NCBI GenBank assembly: GCA_035285865.1
Contig: JAYKHS010000025.1
Coordinates: forward strand, 1 to 43,407
Source: Candidatus Sericytochromatia bacterium
Lineage (GTDB): Bacteria; Cyanobacteriota; Sericytochromatia; S15B-MN24; VGJW01
DNA: 43,407 nt
Direction of reading: 5' to 3'
Of the stretch, positions 1 through 8,715 are shown piece by piece. The position numbers were made by a program, and so were the translations under genes. The notes beneath the pieces were generated by a model. That model saw only the letters and a program-made list of their open reading frames with translations. It was not told the DNA's origin and searched no databases. Numbering within the stretch: the stretch's first letter is position 1; each line of letters opens with the position of its first letter.

Positions 1-42
1 TGGCTACACCCGCCATGGGTGTGTCGTCCACGACCGCCTCGA

Positions 43-118
43 TGGCGCGCCCGGCTGGATTCGAACCAGCGGCCAGCCGCTTAGAAGGCGGCTGCTCTAT
101 CCCCTGAGCTACGGGCGC
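43..118 (-). tRNA. tRNA-Arg (anticodon UCU), CCA end encoded
   Basis: The reverse complement GCGCCCG-TA-GCTC-AGGGGATA-GAGC-A-GCCGC-CTTCTAA-GCGGC-TGGCC-GCTGG-TTCGAAT-CCAGC-CGGGCGC-G-CCA folds as a canonical 76-nt cloverleaf with anticodon TCT. Confidence 0.97.
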
Positions 119-136
119 TCGTAGCACAACGAGGTC

Positions 137-145
137 AGTATAGCA
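137..145 (-). promoter_or_regulatory. Extended -10 promoter (TGcTATACT) for tRNA-Arg
   Basis: TGnTATACT lies on the minus strand about 18 nt upstream of the mature tRNA 5' end. Confidence 0.6.
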
Positions 146-232
146 CGCAGGGGGGCAGCGCGGGAGTCCGCCCGTCAAGGTCCTGTCAACGGCTTGCTTG
201 ACGGGCTTCGGAGCCATGGAGCATGATAAGTC

Positions 233-340
233 TTGGTGGTTGTCCCCTGTTCTTTTTTCTGATACCGGGTCTAATGGGCTCGATTTCGGGACGCCCCAAA
301 CCCTTGCGACGCCCCCGGAAGCCTGGCTTCCTGGGGGTGA
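233..340 (+). ncRNA. Candidate structured small RNA (unassigned family)
   Basis: Upstream TTGACG(198-203)-18 nt-CATGAT(222-227). Stem 233-246/288-299, inner hairpin 266-282 and 3' hairpin 310-339; several G-U pairs form only on the + strand. No convincing ORF. Confidence 0.35.
310..339. terminator. GC-rich hairpin downstream of asd (possible terminator)
   Basis: CGCCCCCGGAAGC-ctg-GCTTCCTGGGGGTG inverted repeat 10 nt from the asd stop; no strong U tract. Confidence 0.45.
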
Positions 341-349
341 CGCAGCCTT

Positions 350-1375
350 TCAGCTCAGCGTCACCGGGGCGCCCAGCCGACCGGCGCGATGCAAGAATGC
401 GGCAATCTGGACGGCGTTGAGTGCTGCGCCTTTGCGCAGGTTGTCGCCTGTCACCCAGAGGTCCACGCCGTGCAGTTGGGAACGATCCGACCGGATGCGA
501 CCCACGAGGACGGAGTCCTGACCCGCGGCATCCAGGGGGGTCGGGCCGTCTGGTGCCTCCGCGATCCGGACGCCGGGCGCATGCCTCAGGACCTCGGTCA
601 CGGCCTCTGGCGAGACCGGTCGGTCGAAGGTCAGGTTGACGGACGCACTATGGCCGACCAGGACGGGTACCCGGACGCATGTGCATGTGACGGCAAGGTC
701 CGGCATGGCCATGATCTTGCGCGACTCTTCTTCCATCTTGGCTTCCTCGCTGGTGCGGCCATCCGGAAGCAGACGGCCGATGCGCGGCAGCACGTTGCCT
801 CCCAGCGGAGCGTGAAAGATCTGATGGGCGGGTTCGCGGCCATCCAGAATGGCCGCATTCTGGGCCTGCAACTCGGCGACGGCTTCCTTGCCGGCCCCGG
901 AAGCGGACTGATAGGTACTGACGACCATGCGCACGAGCCCCCCCAGCGCACGAAGCGGGGCGACGGCCATCAGCACGATGGCGGTGCTGCAATTGGGGTT
1001 GGCGATGATGCCTTTATGGCCGAGTGCCACCTCGCCATTGATTTCCGGGATGACGAGCGGGACCTCGTCATGCATGCGGAAGAATGCCGTGTTGTCGACC
1101 ACGACGGCTCCCGCCGCTGCCGCGCGTGGCGCGTGGCGCGCGCTGACGTCCTCGCCGGCACTGGCCAGCACGAGGTCGACCCCGGCGAAGTCGAAGTCTT
1201 CGGCGCCGAGAACCGCGTGGGACCCGCCCGCGAAGGCGACATGGCGTCCTGTTTCACCCGTGCCCGAAGCCAGCGGGATGACTGCGCCCACGGGAAAGGC
1301 CTGGGCTTCGAGCACCTGGAGCATCTCCTGGCCGACCATGCCCGTTGCACCCATCACGGCAACCTTGTAGCTCAA
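350..1375 (-). CDS. asd: Aspartate-semialdehyde dehydrogenase
   Basis: GATGMVG nucleotide-binding motif, IIANPNCST catalytic Cys, STYQSASGAG, CVRVPVLVGHS, DNLRKGAALNAVQIA. TTG start overlaps the dapB stop. Confidence 0.97.
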   Translation of the reverse strand: MSYKVAVMGATGMVGQEMLQVLEAQAFPVGAVIPLASGTGETGRHVAFAGGSHAVLGAEDFDFAGVDLVLASAGEDVSARHAPRAAAAGAVVVDNTAFFRMHDEVPLVIPEINGEVALGHKGIIANPNCSTAIVLMAVAPLRALGGLVRMVVSTYQSASGAGKEAVAELQAQNAAILDGREPAHQIFHAPLGGNVLPRIGRLLPDGRTSEEAKMEEESRKIMAMPDLAVTCTCVRVPVLVGHSASVNLTFDRPVSPEAVTEVLRHAPGVRIAEAPDGPTPLDAAGQDSVLVGRIRSDRSQLHGVDLWVTGDNLRKGAALNAVQIAAFLHRAGRLGAPVTLS

Positions 1376-2163
1376 GTCGTTTTCTCCTCAAGGACGTGTT
1401 CGAGGCCTGTGGCAAGGCCACGGACACGATCCAGCCTGCGGATGGCGAGGAGTAGCCCTGGCAGGAAGCAGTCACGTCCCATCGCGTCATGACGGATGGT
1501 CAGGACCTCGCCCTGCGCACCGAAAACCACTTCCTGGTGGGCCAGCATGCCGGGCATGCGGATGGCATGCACCGGGACGCCCGCCACGTCCTGGCCGAGC
1601 GCCGGCTGGTCCGGCCGCAGCGCAACCTCCGGAGCGCGCAACCTGGCGGCCGCGATGCGTTCGGCTGTCCGGCAGGCCGTGCCGGATGGCGCATCCCGCT
1701 TGGCTGCGTGGTGGCCTTCGATGATGGCGACATCGGGCAGGAGTCGGGCGGCCATCTCCGCGAAGCGCATCATCAGCACGGCGCCCAGCGAGAAGTTGGG
1801 CACCACGAGCACGGTACCTGATCCCGCCTCTGTGCGTGCGCTCCAAGCGCTGAGGGTCTCCGAGGCCATGCCCGTCGCTCCGACGATGACCCTGAGGCCG
1901 GCATCCAGCACTTTGGGCACATGGGCCGTGGCCGCATCGCCCGTCGTCAGGTCAATCCAGATGTCACCCGGTCGGCACGCCGACAAAATCTTGTCGGTGT
2001 CAGCGCTCCAGAGCACATCTGCGGACAGGTCCGCGCGCGCCGGATGGCGACTGAGGGCAGCAACAGGTTGAATGTCCGGGGCAGAGGCAAGACCCGGCCA
2101 CATGGCCTGGCCCATGCGGCCAGACGCTCCGGCCAGCACGATGCGGTGGCGGAGTTGCGTCAT
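1372..2163 (-). CDS. dapB: 4-hydroxy-tetrahydrodipicolinate reductase
   Basis: GASGRMG, GATG, VPNFSLG and EGHHAAKRDAPSGTA signature. Start placed at ATG 2163 (ATGA overlap with dut). Confidence 0.95.
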   Translation of the reverse strand: MTQLRHRIVLAGASGRMGQAMWPGLASAPDIQPVAALSRHPARADLSADVLWSADTDKILSACRPGDIWIDLTTGDAATAHVPKVLDAGLRVIVGATGMASETLSAWSARTEAGSGTVLVVPNFSLGAVLMMRFAEMAARLLPDVAIIEGHHAAKRDAPSGTACRTAERIAAARLRAPEVALRPDQPALGQDVAGVPVHAIRMPGMLAHQEVVFGAQGEVLTIRHDAMGRDCFLPGLLLAIRRLDRVRGLATGLEHVLEEKTT

Positions 2164-2621
2164 CGTGCACCCACACCGGTCGAGCCCCACCCCCCGCTTC
2201 GGTCGGTGGAATCCAGATATTCCGCCTCCGTGAATCGGGGCGTCCAGGAAGGCTCGACGGCGATCTGGGCGATGCGATCTCCTACGGCGTATCGGAAGGG
2301 AGTGTCTCCGTGATTGAAGAGGAGGACGCCAATCTCGCCACGAAAGCCCGAGTCGATGAGGCCTGCGCCCACGTCAATGCCATGGGTCCGGGCCAGTCCG
2401 GATCTGGGAATGATGCGTCCGCGCGTGCCTGGCGGAAGCGCAAGGGCGATGCCCGTCGGCACGACGGCACGTCCTCCGGGGGGGATTTCTCCTTCCGCTG
2501 CCGCGCAGAGATCCGCCGCCGCATCGCTCTCATGGGCTACCACGGGTACACGGGCCTGCTCCGAGAGACGCTGCAGAGGCACCCGGATCGTCCGGGCTTC
2601 GGGAGTCCCTTCCCCGGTCAC
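2160..2621 (-). CDS. dut: dUTP diphosphatase (trimeric dUTPase)
   Basis: AAADL, PRSGLA, GLIDSGFRGEI, GDRIAQ and RSGGWGSTG match dUTPase motifs I-V. Confidence 0.95.
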   Translation of the reverse strand: MTGEGTPEARTIRVPLQRLSEQARVPVVAHESDAAADLCAAAEGEIPPGGRAVVPTGIALALPPGTRGRIIPRSGLARTHGIDVGAGLIDSGFRGEIGVLLFNHGDTPFRYAVGDRIAQIAVEPSWTPRFTEAEYLDSTDRSGGWGSTGVGAR

Positions 2622-3865
2622 AGCGCCTTGATTCGCCGGACGGGGCCGACGATGGTGAAGGAAAATCGGTCCGGCGTCATGCGGGAAGCAAGGTCGGAGA
2701 CCTGCTCTACCGTGACGGCCTCCATCCGATCCAGAATCTCCTCGATCGGGATGAAGCGCCCGTGGAAGAGTTCATTGCGCGCCATGCGGTTCGCCCGTGT
2801 TCTCGGTTGCTCGAGGGCGAGCAGCAGATTGCCCCGACTCTGGCGCTTGGCGCGATCCAGTTCCTCCGGCGTGACGGGGCGGCGCAGCTCCTCGAAGGTT
2901 ACGGCCAGCAGGTCGTCCACCTTGCGGGCGTTGGTTCCGGCATAGATGCCGAACATGCCGCCAAGGCGGTGGTGCGCGCCGTATGAGGAGATCGAATAGC
3001 ACAGGCCGCGCTTCTCGCGGACCTGCTGGAAGAGTCTGGCACTCATGCCGCCGCCCAGGATGGCGTCAAGCATGTGGTGGATATAGAGATCGGGATGATC
3101 GACCGCAACTCCGGCAGTGCCGATGAGTACCTGCACCTGCTCGGTATCGCGGTACTTCACGACCCGACGCGTGCTTGCGGTCGGAGCCGTCAGCGCATGG
3201 GGGGCGCTCTTGCGGGGCAAGGGTGCGAGCAGGCGTTCCAGTTGCTCCACGACCCTGTCGCCGTCGATACGACCGGCGATGGACACGACCAAGCGGTCCG
3301 CCGCATAGAAGTGCTGTTTATAGTCCAGCAGGGCCTCGCGGCTCAGGCGACGCACGGACTGGCGCGTTCCTGCGATGGGACGGCCCATGGGATGGTCCGG
3401 CCAGAAGACGGACTGGAACAGTTCGGACGCATACTCATCCGGATTGTCCTCGTACATCTTGATTTCCTCGAGGATCACCTTGCGCTCGCGCTTGACCTCG
3501 TCGGGGTCGAAGAGCGAATTCAGCAACATGTCCGAGAGGACTTCGAGGGCCAGTTCGACCTGGTCCTCGAGGACGCGCGCGTAGTAGCAGGTCTGTTCCT
3601 TGTTGGTGAAGGCATTCAGACTGCCACCCGTGTCCTCGAGGGCGCGGGCGATTTCCAAGGCCGACCGTGTGGCCGTGCCCTTGAAGAGCATGTGCTCGAT
3701 GAAGTGGCTCGCCCCTTCGATCTCGGGGGACTCGTTCCGACTGCCGGTATCTACCCAGAAGCCGATGGATGCCGAGTGGACGTGCGGGAGCTCCTCGAGG
3801 AGCACCCGCACGCAGTTCGACAGCGTGACCTTGCGAGACGGAGGGGGCGCGACCACGTTGGCCAT
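2618..3865 (-). CDS. M16 (pitrilysin/MPP-like) zinc peptidase
   Basis: Inverted zinc motif HFIEH, LNAFT, ERKVILEEI and LGGGMSARLFQQVREKRGLCY. Usual position downstream of pnp. Start placed at ATG 3865. Confidence 0.93.
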   Translation of the reverse strand: MANVVAPPPSRKVTLSNCVRVLLEELPHVHSASIGFWVDTGSRNESPEIEGASHFIEHMLFKGTATRSALEIARALEDTGGSLNAFTNKEQTCYYARVLEDQVELALEVLSDMLLNSLFDPDEVKRERKVILEEIKMYEDNPDEYASELFQSVFWPDHPMGRPIAGTRQSVRRLSREALLDYKQHFYAADRLVVSIAGRIDGDRVVEQLERLLAPLPRKSAPHALTAPTASTRRVVKYRDTEQVQVLIGTAGVAVDHPDLYIHHMLDAILGGGMSARLFQQVREKRGLCYSISSYGAHHRLGGMFGIYAGTNARKVDDLLAVTFEELRRPVTPEELDRAKRQSRGNLLLALEQPRTRANRMARNELFHGRFIPIEEILDRMEAVTVEQVSDLASRMTPDRFSFTIVGPVRRIKAL

Positions 3866-3869
3866 GTGC

Positions 3870-5999
3870 TTACTTGCCGCTGACGGCAAGCTCTTCGGCC
3901 AGGACGGCCTTGCGGCTCAGGTTGATGCGGCCCTGGGAGTCGATCTCGGTGCACTTGACCGAGATGATGTCCCCGATGTTGACCACGTCTTCGACCTTGG
4001 CCACCCGTTCCGGCGCGAGCTGGCTGATGTGGACCAGACCCTCCTTGCCGGGCAGGATCTCGACGAACGCCCCGAAGTTCAGGATGCGCGTGACCTTGCC
4101 GGTATAGAGGCGGCCCACCTCGGCCTCAGCCGCGATGCCCTGGACCCAGCGCATCGCCGCGTCGGCTGCCTGGGCATCTGAAGTGGTGAGGTAGACGGTG
4201 CCGTCGTCCTCGACATCGATCTTGACGCCAGTCTCCTCGGTGATCCGCTTGATCATCTTGCCGCCGGGACCGATCAGGGCCCCGATCTTCTCGGGGTTGA
4301 TCTTGAGCGTCAGGATGCGCGGGGCGTACGGGGACAGGTCCGTGCGCGGCTTGGCGATGGCGCCCTCCATCACGTCGAGGATGCTCAGCCGGGCGACTCG
4401 AGCCTGCTCGAGGGCCTGCTGCATGATCTCGAGGCTGATGCCCGCGATCTTGATGTCCATCTGCAGGGCAGTGACACCTTCACGCGTGCCGGTGACCTTG
4501 AAGTCCATGTCGCCGAGGTGATCCTCGATGCCCTGGATGTCGGTCAGGACGGCGAAACGCTCGTCTTCCTTGATGAGGCCCATCGCGATGCCGGCGACGG
4601 GGGCCTTGATGGGCACGCCCGCATCCATGAGCGACAGGGTCGATCCGCACGTCGAGGCCATCGAGGTCGAACCGTTCGACTCGAGGACCTCGGACACGAG
4701 GCGGATGGCGTAGGGGAACTCGTCCACGCCGGGGAGGACGGGGACCAGGGCCCGTTCGGCCAAGGCGCCATGACCGATTTCGCGGCGGCCGGCGCCGCGG
4801 CTGGGCTTGACCTCGCCGACGGAGAAGCCGGGGAAGTTGTAGTGGTGCAGGTAACGCTTCGACGTGATCGGGTCGAGACCGTCGATCTTCTGGGCATCGC
4901 CCATGGATCCGAGCGTGCAGATGTTGAGCACCTGGGTCTGGCCGCGGGTGAAGAGGCCCGTGCCGTGGGTGCGGGGCAGCACGCTGACTTCCGAGGTGAC
5001 CTTGCGGATCTCGGTGGTGCGACGACCGTCGACGCGCAGACCCTTGTCCAGCACCAGGCTGCGGACGATGCCGGCCTCGAGCTCATAGAGTGCCTCGCCA
5101 AGGGCCTTGCCGCGACCGGCGACGGCCGCCTTCACGGGATGGTCTTCGGCCATGGCGGCGAACTGGGTCTTGACCTCGGCCATGACGGCGTCGGTCGCGG
5201 CGTCGCGGGCCTTCTTGTCGGGGTTCTGGATGGCGGCCGAGAGCTGGCCGTGGAACGTGCCGACCCACTCCACCAGGGCGGCGGGCAACGCGACCAGATT
5301 CGGCTGGACCTTGGCCTTGCCAATCATCCTGGCGATCTCCTGCTGCCAGGCCACCAGCTCCTGGACAGCCTGGAAGCCGACGTCGATGGCCTCGAGCACC
5401 TGATCCTCGGGCACGATGCGGATGCCTGCCTCGACCATCATGATCGCATGGGCGGTACCGGCGACGACGAGGTCGAAGTCACCCTCCTCGGTCTCCTGGA
5501 AGGTGGGGTTCACGAGCCACTGGCCGTTGACCCGACCGACGCGAACGCCGCAGCAGGGGCCGTCGAAGGGGATCTCGGAGACCGTCAGCGCGGCCGAGGC
5601 GCCCACCATGGCCAACATGTCAGGTTCGACCTGCTGGTCGCAGGAGAGCGTATAAGCAACGACCTGAACGTCGTTGCGGAAGCCGTCCGGGAAGAGTGGG
5701 CGGATCGAACGGTCGATCAGACGGCCCGACAGGATGGCGTGTTCCCCGGCGCGACCCTCGCGGCGGTGGAAGCTGCCGGGAATCCGGCCCACTGAATAGT
5801 GCTTCTCTTCGTAGTCCACGAGCAGGGGGAAGAAATCGATGCCCTCGCGGGGGGACTTGCTCATCGTGGCAGTGACGAGGACGGCCGTCTCGCCGGACTC
5901 GACCAGGACGGCCCCGCTCGCCTGCTTGGCGTACTTGCCGAAGGTCATCTTGATCTCACGGCCGCCGAGGGTGTACGTGAAGGTCTTCACATCAGTCAA
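3870..5999 (-). CDS. pnp: Polyribonucleotide nucleotidyltransferase (PNPase)
   Basis: Two RNase PH domains (FFPLLVDYEE, RREIGHGALAERAL, ESNGSTSMAS, GDMDFKVTG), a KH domain (IGPGGK) and an S1 domain (GAFVEILPGKEGLVHISQL). Confidence 0.99.
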   Translation of the reverse strand: MTDVKTFTYTLGGREIKMTFGKYAKQASGAVLVESGETAVLVTATMSKSPREGIDFFPLLVDYEEKHYSVGRIPGSFHRREGRAGEHAILSGRLIDRSIRPLFPDGFRNDVQVVAYTLSCDQQVEPDMLAMVGASAALTVSEIPFDGPCCGVRVGRVNGQWLVNPTFQETEEGDFDLVVAGTAHAIMMVEAGIRIVPEDQVLEAIDVGFQAVQELVAWQQEIARMIGKAKVQPNLVALPAALVEWVGTFHGQLSAAIQNPDKKARDAATDAVMAEVKTQFAAMAEDHPVKAAVAGRGKALGEALYELEAGIVRSLVLDKGLRVDGRRTTEIRKVTSEVSVLPRTHGTGLFTRGQTQVLNICTLGSMGDAQKIDGLDPITSKRYLHHYNFPGFSVGEVKPSRGAGRREIGHGALAERALVPVLPGVDEFPYAIRLVSEVLESNGSTSMASTCGSTLSLMDAGVPIKAPVAGIAMGLIKEDERFAVLTDIQGIEDHLGDMDFKVTGTREGVTALQMDIKIAGISLEIMQQALEQARVARLSILDVMEGAIAKPRTDLSPYAPRILTLKINPEKIGALIGPGGKMIKRITEETGVKIDVEDDGTVYLTTSDAQAADAAMRWVQGIAAEAEVGRLYTGKVTRILNFGAFVEILPGKEGLVHISQLAPERVAKVEDVVNIGDIISVKCTEIDSQGRINLSRKAVLAEELAVSGK

Positions 6000-6013
6000 A
6001 GGGATACTTCTTT

Positions 6014-6063
6014 CTTGGCACCATGAGCGGATCGCCCCGAGGGGGCGTCCGCATCACGGCAAG
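6014..6063 (-). promoter_or_regulatory. Long stem-loop in the rpsO-pnp intergenic leader (possible RNase III processing site)
   Basis: Minus-strand CTTG-CCGTGA-T-GCGGA-CGCCCC-ctc-GGGGCG-A-TCCGC-TCATGG-TGC-CAAG forms a bulged hairpin just upstream of the pnp start. Confidence 0.5.
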
Positions 6064-6099
6064 GGGAGGGTTCAAGCACGGCCTCGGCCATGCCAGGGG

Positions 6100-6369
6100 T
6101 CACTTGCGCAAGCCGAGCTTCTCGAGGATGCCGCGGTAGGCATCGAGGTCGGTGCGCTGCAGGTAGCTCAGCAGGCCGCGGCGCTGGCCGACGAGCTGCA
6201 GCAGCCCGCGACGGGACGCGAAGTCCTTCTTGTGCTTCTTGAGGTGCTCGGAAAGCTGGTTGATGCGCTTGGAGAGCAGCGCGATCTGGACCTGCGTCGA
6301 GCCCGTGTCGGTCTCGGTGGTGCGGAAATCGCCGATCACCTGAGCCTTCTCGGCGGTGGAAAGGGGCAC
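6100..6369 (-). CDS. rpsO: 30S ribosomal protein S15
   Basis: [35 protein letters not shown]. 89 aa from GTG 6369 with GGAGGAG SD. Confidence 0.98.
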   Translation of the reverse strand: MPLSTAEKAQVIGDFRTTETDTGSTQVQIALLSKRINQLSEHLKKHKKDFASRRGLLQLVGQRRGLLSYLQRTDLDAYRGILEKLGLRK

Positions 6370-6461
6370 GATATCTCCTCCAGGGCCGGCACACGCCAGC
6401 CAAAACAACATTATGAATGCAGCGTGACGATTGTATCAGGAATCAGTACGGAGTGCGAGGC

Positions 6462-7145
6462 TCATGTGCCCGGCAGGGCGGCGAAGCCCGGCGGTGGCTG
6501 AAGGGGGCCCGTGACCTTGCGTAGCACCGACTGGATCTTGGTGTGGAGGATGTCGATGGCCACCTCGTTCATCCCTCCCTCGGGCACCACGACATTGGCG
6601 AATCTGCGGGATGGCTCGACGAACTGCTCCTGCATCGGGCGTACCGTGGCCAGATACTGGTCGATGACGGACTGCGGCGAGCGGCCACGATCGACGATGT
6701 CGCGCCGGAGGCGGCGGATGAAGCGCAGGTCGGCGTCCGTGTCGACGAAGACTTTGATGTCGAGGTGGCGGCGAATCTCCGGAATGGCCAGGATCAAGAT
6801 GCCCTCGACCAGGATGACGCGCCGTGGCTGGACGATCTTCGGTTCTTCGAGGCGGGCGTGGCGCGTGAAGTCGTAGAGCGGGGTCTCGGCCGGTTGCATC
6901 CGCTGCAGGGTGCGCAGGTGCTCCACGAAGAGCGCGTTGTCGAGGGATTCGGGGTGGTCGTAGTTGACGGCAGCACGCTCCTCGGGCGACAGGTGCGCGT
7001 GGTCGTGGTAGTAGGCGTCATGGCAGAGGTGGGCGACGTTGTCCGGCCCTGCCAATTCGAGGATGTTTCGGGCGACGGTGGTCTTGCCCGACCCCGATCC
7101 TCCGGATACGCCGATGGTCAGGGGTTTTCGTCCAGGCGGCTGCAC
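6462..7145 (-). CDS. udk: Uridine kinase
   Basis: IGVSGGSGSGKTT P-loop, DAYY, NYDHPESLD, EGIL, RRLRRDIVDRGR. Confidence 0.95.
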   Translation of the reverse strand: MQPPGRKPLTIGVSGGSGSGKTTVARNILELAGPDNVAHLCHDAYYHDHAHLSPEERAAVNYDHPESLDNALFVEHLRTLQRMQPAETPLYDFTRHARLEEPKIVQPRRVILVEGILILAIPEIRRHLDIKVFVDTDADLRFIRRLRRDIVDRGRSPQSVIDQYLATVRPMQEQFVEPSRRFANVVVPEGGMNEVAIDILHTKIQSVLRKVTGPLQPPPGFAALPGT

Positions 7146-7150
7146 TTGGG

Positions 7151-7696
7151 TCAGCGCCCCCCGGCCAGCAGGTTTGCCTGTCGCGCAGCACGCAGGTCCA
7201 CGAGCCGGGCATCGAGTGCCTTGAGTTCGGAATCGCGGCGGGCCGGATCCGTGACATGGTCCGTGAAGACCTTGCCGTCGAGGTGGTCGATTTCGTGCTG
7301 GATGCAGCGGGCCAGCAGGTCCGATGCCTCGAACCGAAGCATGCGTCCCTTCTCGTCCCTGCCTTCGACCACGATATCCCGGGGGCGCGTTACCTCGAGG
7401 AACACGCCCGGCAGCGACAGGCAGCCTTCCTCGTCCGTCATGGACGGACCCGATCGCCGCTTCAGGACCGGATTGACCAGACAGAACGGTTCCAGGTCAT
7501 GTTCGGACATGTCGATGACGATGATGCGCTTCGAGAGGCCAACCTGAGGGGCGGCGAGGCCGATGCCCTGCTCTGCCGCGCACGTCGCGAACATGGCTTC
7601 GATGGTCTTGCGCACCTCGGACGAGATGGCCTTGACCGGTTCGGCGACTTGACGGAGGACGTCGTCACCCAGGTAGGAGAGCGGCAATGCGCCCAT
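7151..7696 (-). CDS. def: Peptide deformylase
   Basis: GIGLAAPQVG, EGCLS and QHEIDHLDG motifs. Start placed at ATG 7696 with GGAAGGGG SD. Confidence 0.96.
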   Translation of the reverse strand: MGALPLSYLGDDVLRQVAEPVKAISSEVRKTIEAMFATCAAEQGIGLAAPQVGLSKRIIVIDMSEHDLEPFCLVNPVLKRRSGPSMTDEEGCLSLPGVFLEVTRPRDIVVEGRDEKGRMLRFEASDLLARCIQHEIDHLDGKVFTDHVTDPARRDSELKALDARLVDLRAARQANLLAGGR

Positions 7697-7795
7697 CGAT
7701 CCCCTTCCGTGCGCCTCCGCGCACCTTGCAATCATAGCTCCAGAACCGCGCTGCGGGCCAGTCTTCCGCAGGGCGTGGACGCAAACGCCCCGTGA

Positions 7796-7805
7796 GGGTA
7801 CAAGA
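7796..7805 (+). promoter_or_regulatory. GGGTACAAGA motif, copy 1 (candidate alternative-sigma -10 element)
   Basis: Identical decamer at 26748 and 43292; each copy starts 15-16 nt before a start codon. Confidence 0.55.
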
Positions 7806-7811
7806 GGCAGC

Positions 7812-8672
7812 ATGTCTGCCGCCGTCTGCAACATCCATCGCGCCTCGGCCACGGGTCAGTGTGCCAAGTGCAAGACCCGAACCTGCGTTCGCTGCGGGGA
7901 TGTGGGCAAGACCTGCTCTTTCTGTCGGGAAGGCGTCATCCAGGCCTTCGAGGTAGCCCAGGAAGACAACGACGATTGCGTGAACCATGACCGAATCCGG
8001 GCCGTCGGAGCCTGTCCGTCGTGCCGCCGTCGCTTTTGCTCGACATGTCTCAACACCCAGGGGACCTGTTTCAGTTGTGCGCAGCGCGCCATCGACAGGG
8101 CCGTCCAGAAGGAGTCCCGGACCAAGTCCCTCGAAGGCAAGCTGAAGCGTCAGCGGCAGAAACGTCGCCAGATGACGCGCCGGGTCGGCATCGTGGCGGG
8201 CGTGATGTTCCTTCTGGTCGTGGCGTCGGTCATCTACCGCGGGCATCTGCCGTTCATGGGACCCCGCGAGCAGCCGAAGATCGGCGGTCTCGCCCCGCGC
8301 AAGGTCTATGACGATGACCGCAACGGCCGGTCGGGCACCAAGATATGGAAGGCACCGGCGGGCCGGACTCAGGGCGCGGCCGGTGCGGGCCTCCCCCCGG
8401 CGCCGGGCATCGTGGCCGTGGGCAGGCCCGGAGCGGGTTCCCGGGTGTCCGGCAGGACCGTCGTCGATGCCCGCATCGCCCAGGGCGTTCCCCAGAAGGT
8501 CGAGCTGTACGTCAACGCGACTTGGCTCGGAGTCAGCGACCATGCCCCTTACCAGTTCATCTGGGACACGCGTTCCACCGCTCCCGGCGCGGCGACCCTC
8601 GAGGTCGTGGCCTATGGCTTCGATGGCTCGACCCGCCGTTCCGCACCGGTCCGGGTTACGGTAGGTCCTTAG
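7812..8672 (+). CDS. Membrane protein with two B-box-like Cys/His zinc-finger repeats, one TM helix and a C-terminal Ig-like domain
   Basis: Two CxxH-x7-8-CxxC-x4-CxxC-x6-7-CxxC units, then a basic segment, TM VGIVAGVMFLLVVASVIY, and a beta-rich tail (KVELYVN, APYQFIWDT, LEVVAYG, SAPVRVTV) typical of bacterial Ig domains. Confidence 0.8.
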   Translation: MSAAVCNIHRASATGQCAKCKTRTCVRCGDVGKTCSFCREGVIQAFEVAQEDNDDCVNHDRIRAVGACPSCRRRFCSTCLNTQGTCFSCAQRAIDRAVQKESRTKSLEGKLKRQRQKRRQMTRRVGIVAGVMFLLVVASVIYRGHLPFMGPREQPKIGGLAPRKVYDDDRNGRSGTKIWKAPAGRTQGAAGAGLPPAPGIVAVGRPGAGSRVSGRTVVDARIAQGVPQKVELYVNATWLGVSDHAPYQFIWDTRSTAPGAATLEVVAYGFDGSTRRSAPVRVTVGP

Positions 8673-8715
8673 AACAATCATTTAACGTCAGGACGAGCTT
8701 GCCTCGGGGCACACC

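Noticed and set aside
198..521. Short ORFs 198-521 and 223-420 between the tRNA and asd
   Set aside because: They overlap asd antisense, have atypical composition and no motifs; a non-coding explanation fits better.
4518..5795. Long + strand ORFs opposite pnp (also 389-1492, 15800-17194, 18194-19864, 24217-26124, 33443-35248)
   Set aside because: Antisense shadow ORFs of well-supported minus-strand genes, expected with high GC3; no recognisable motifs.
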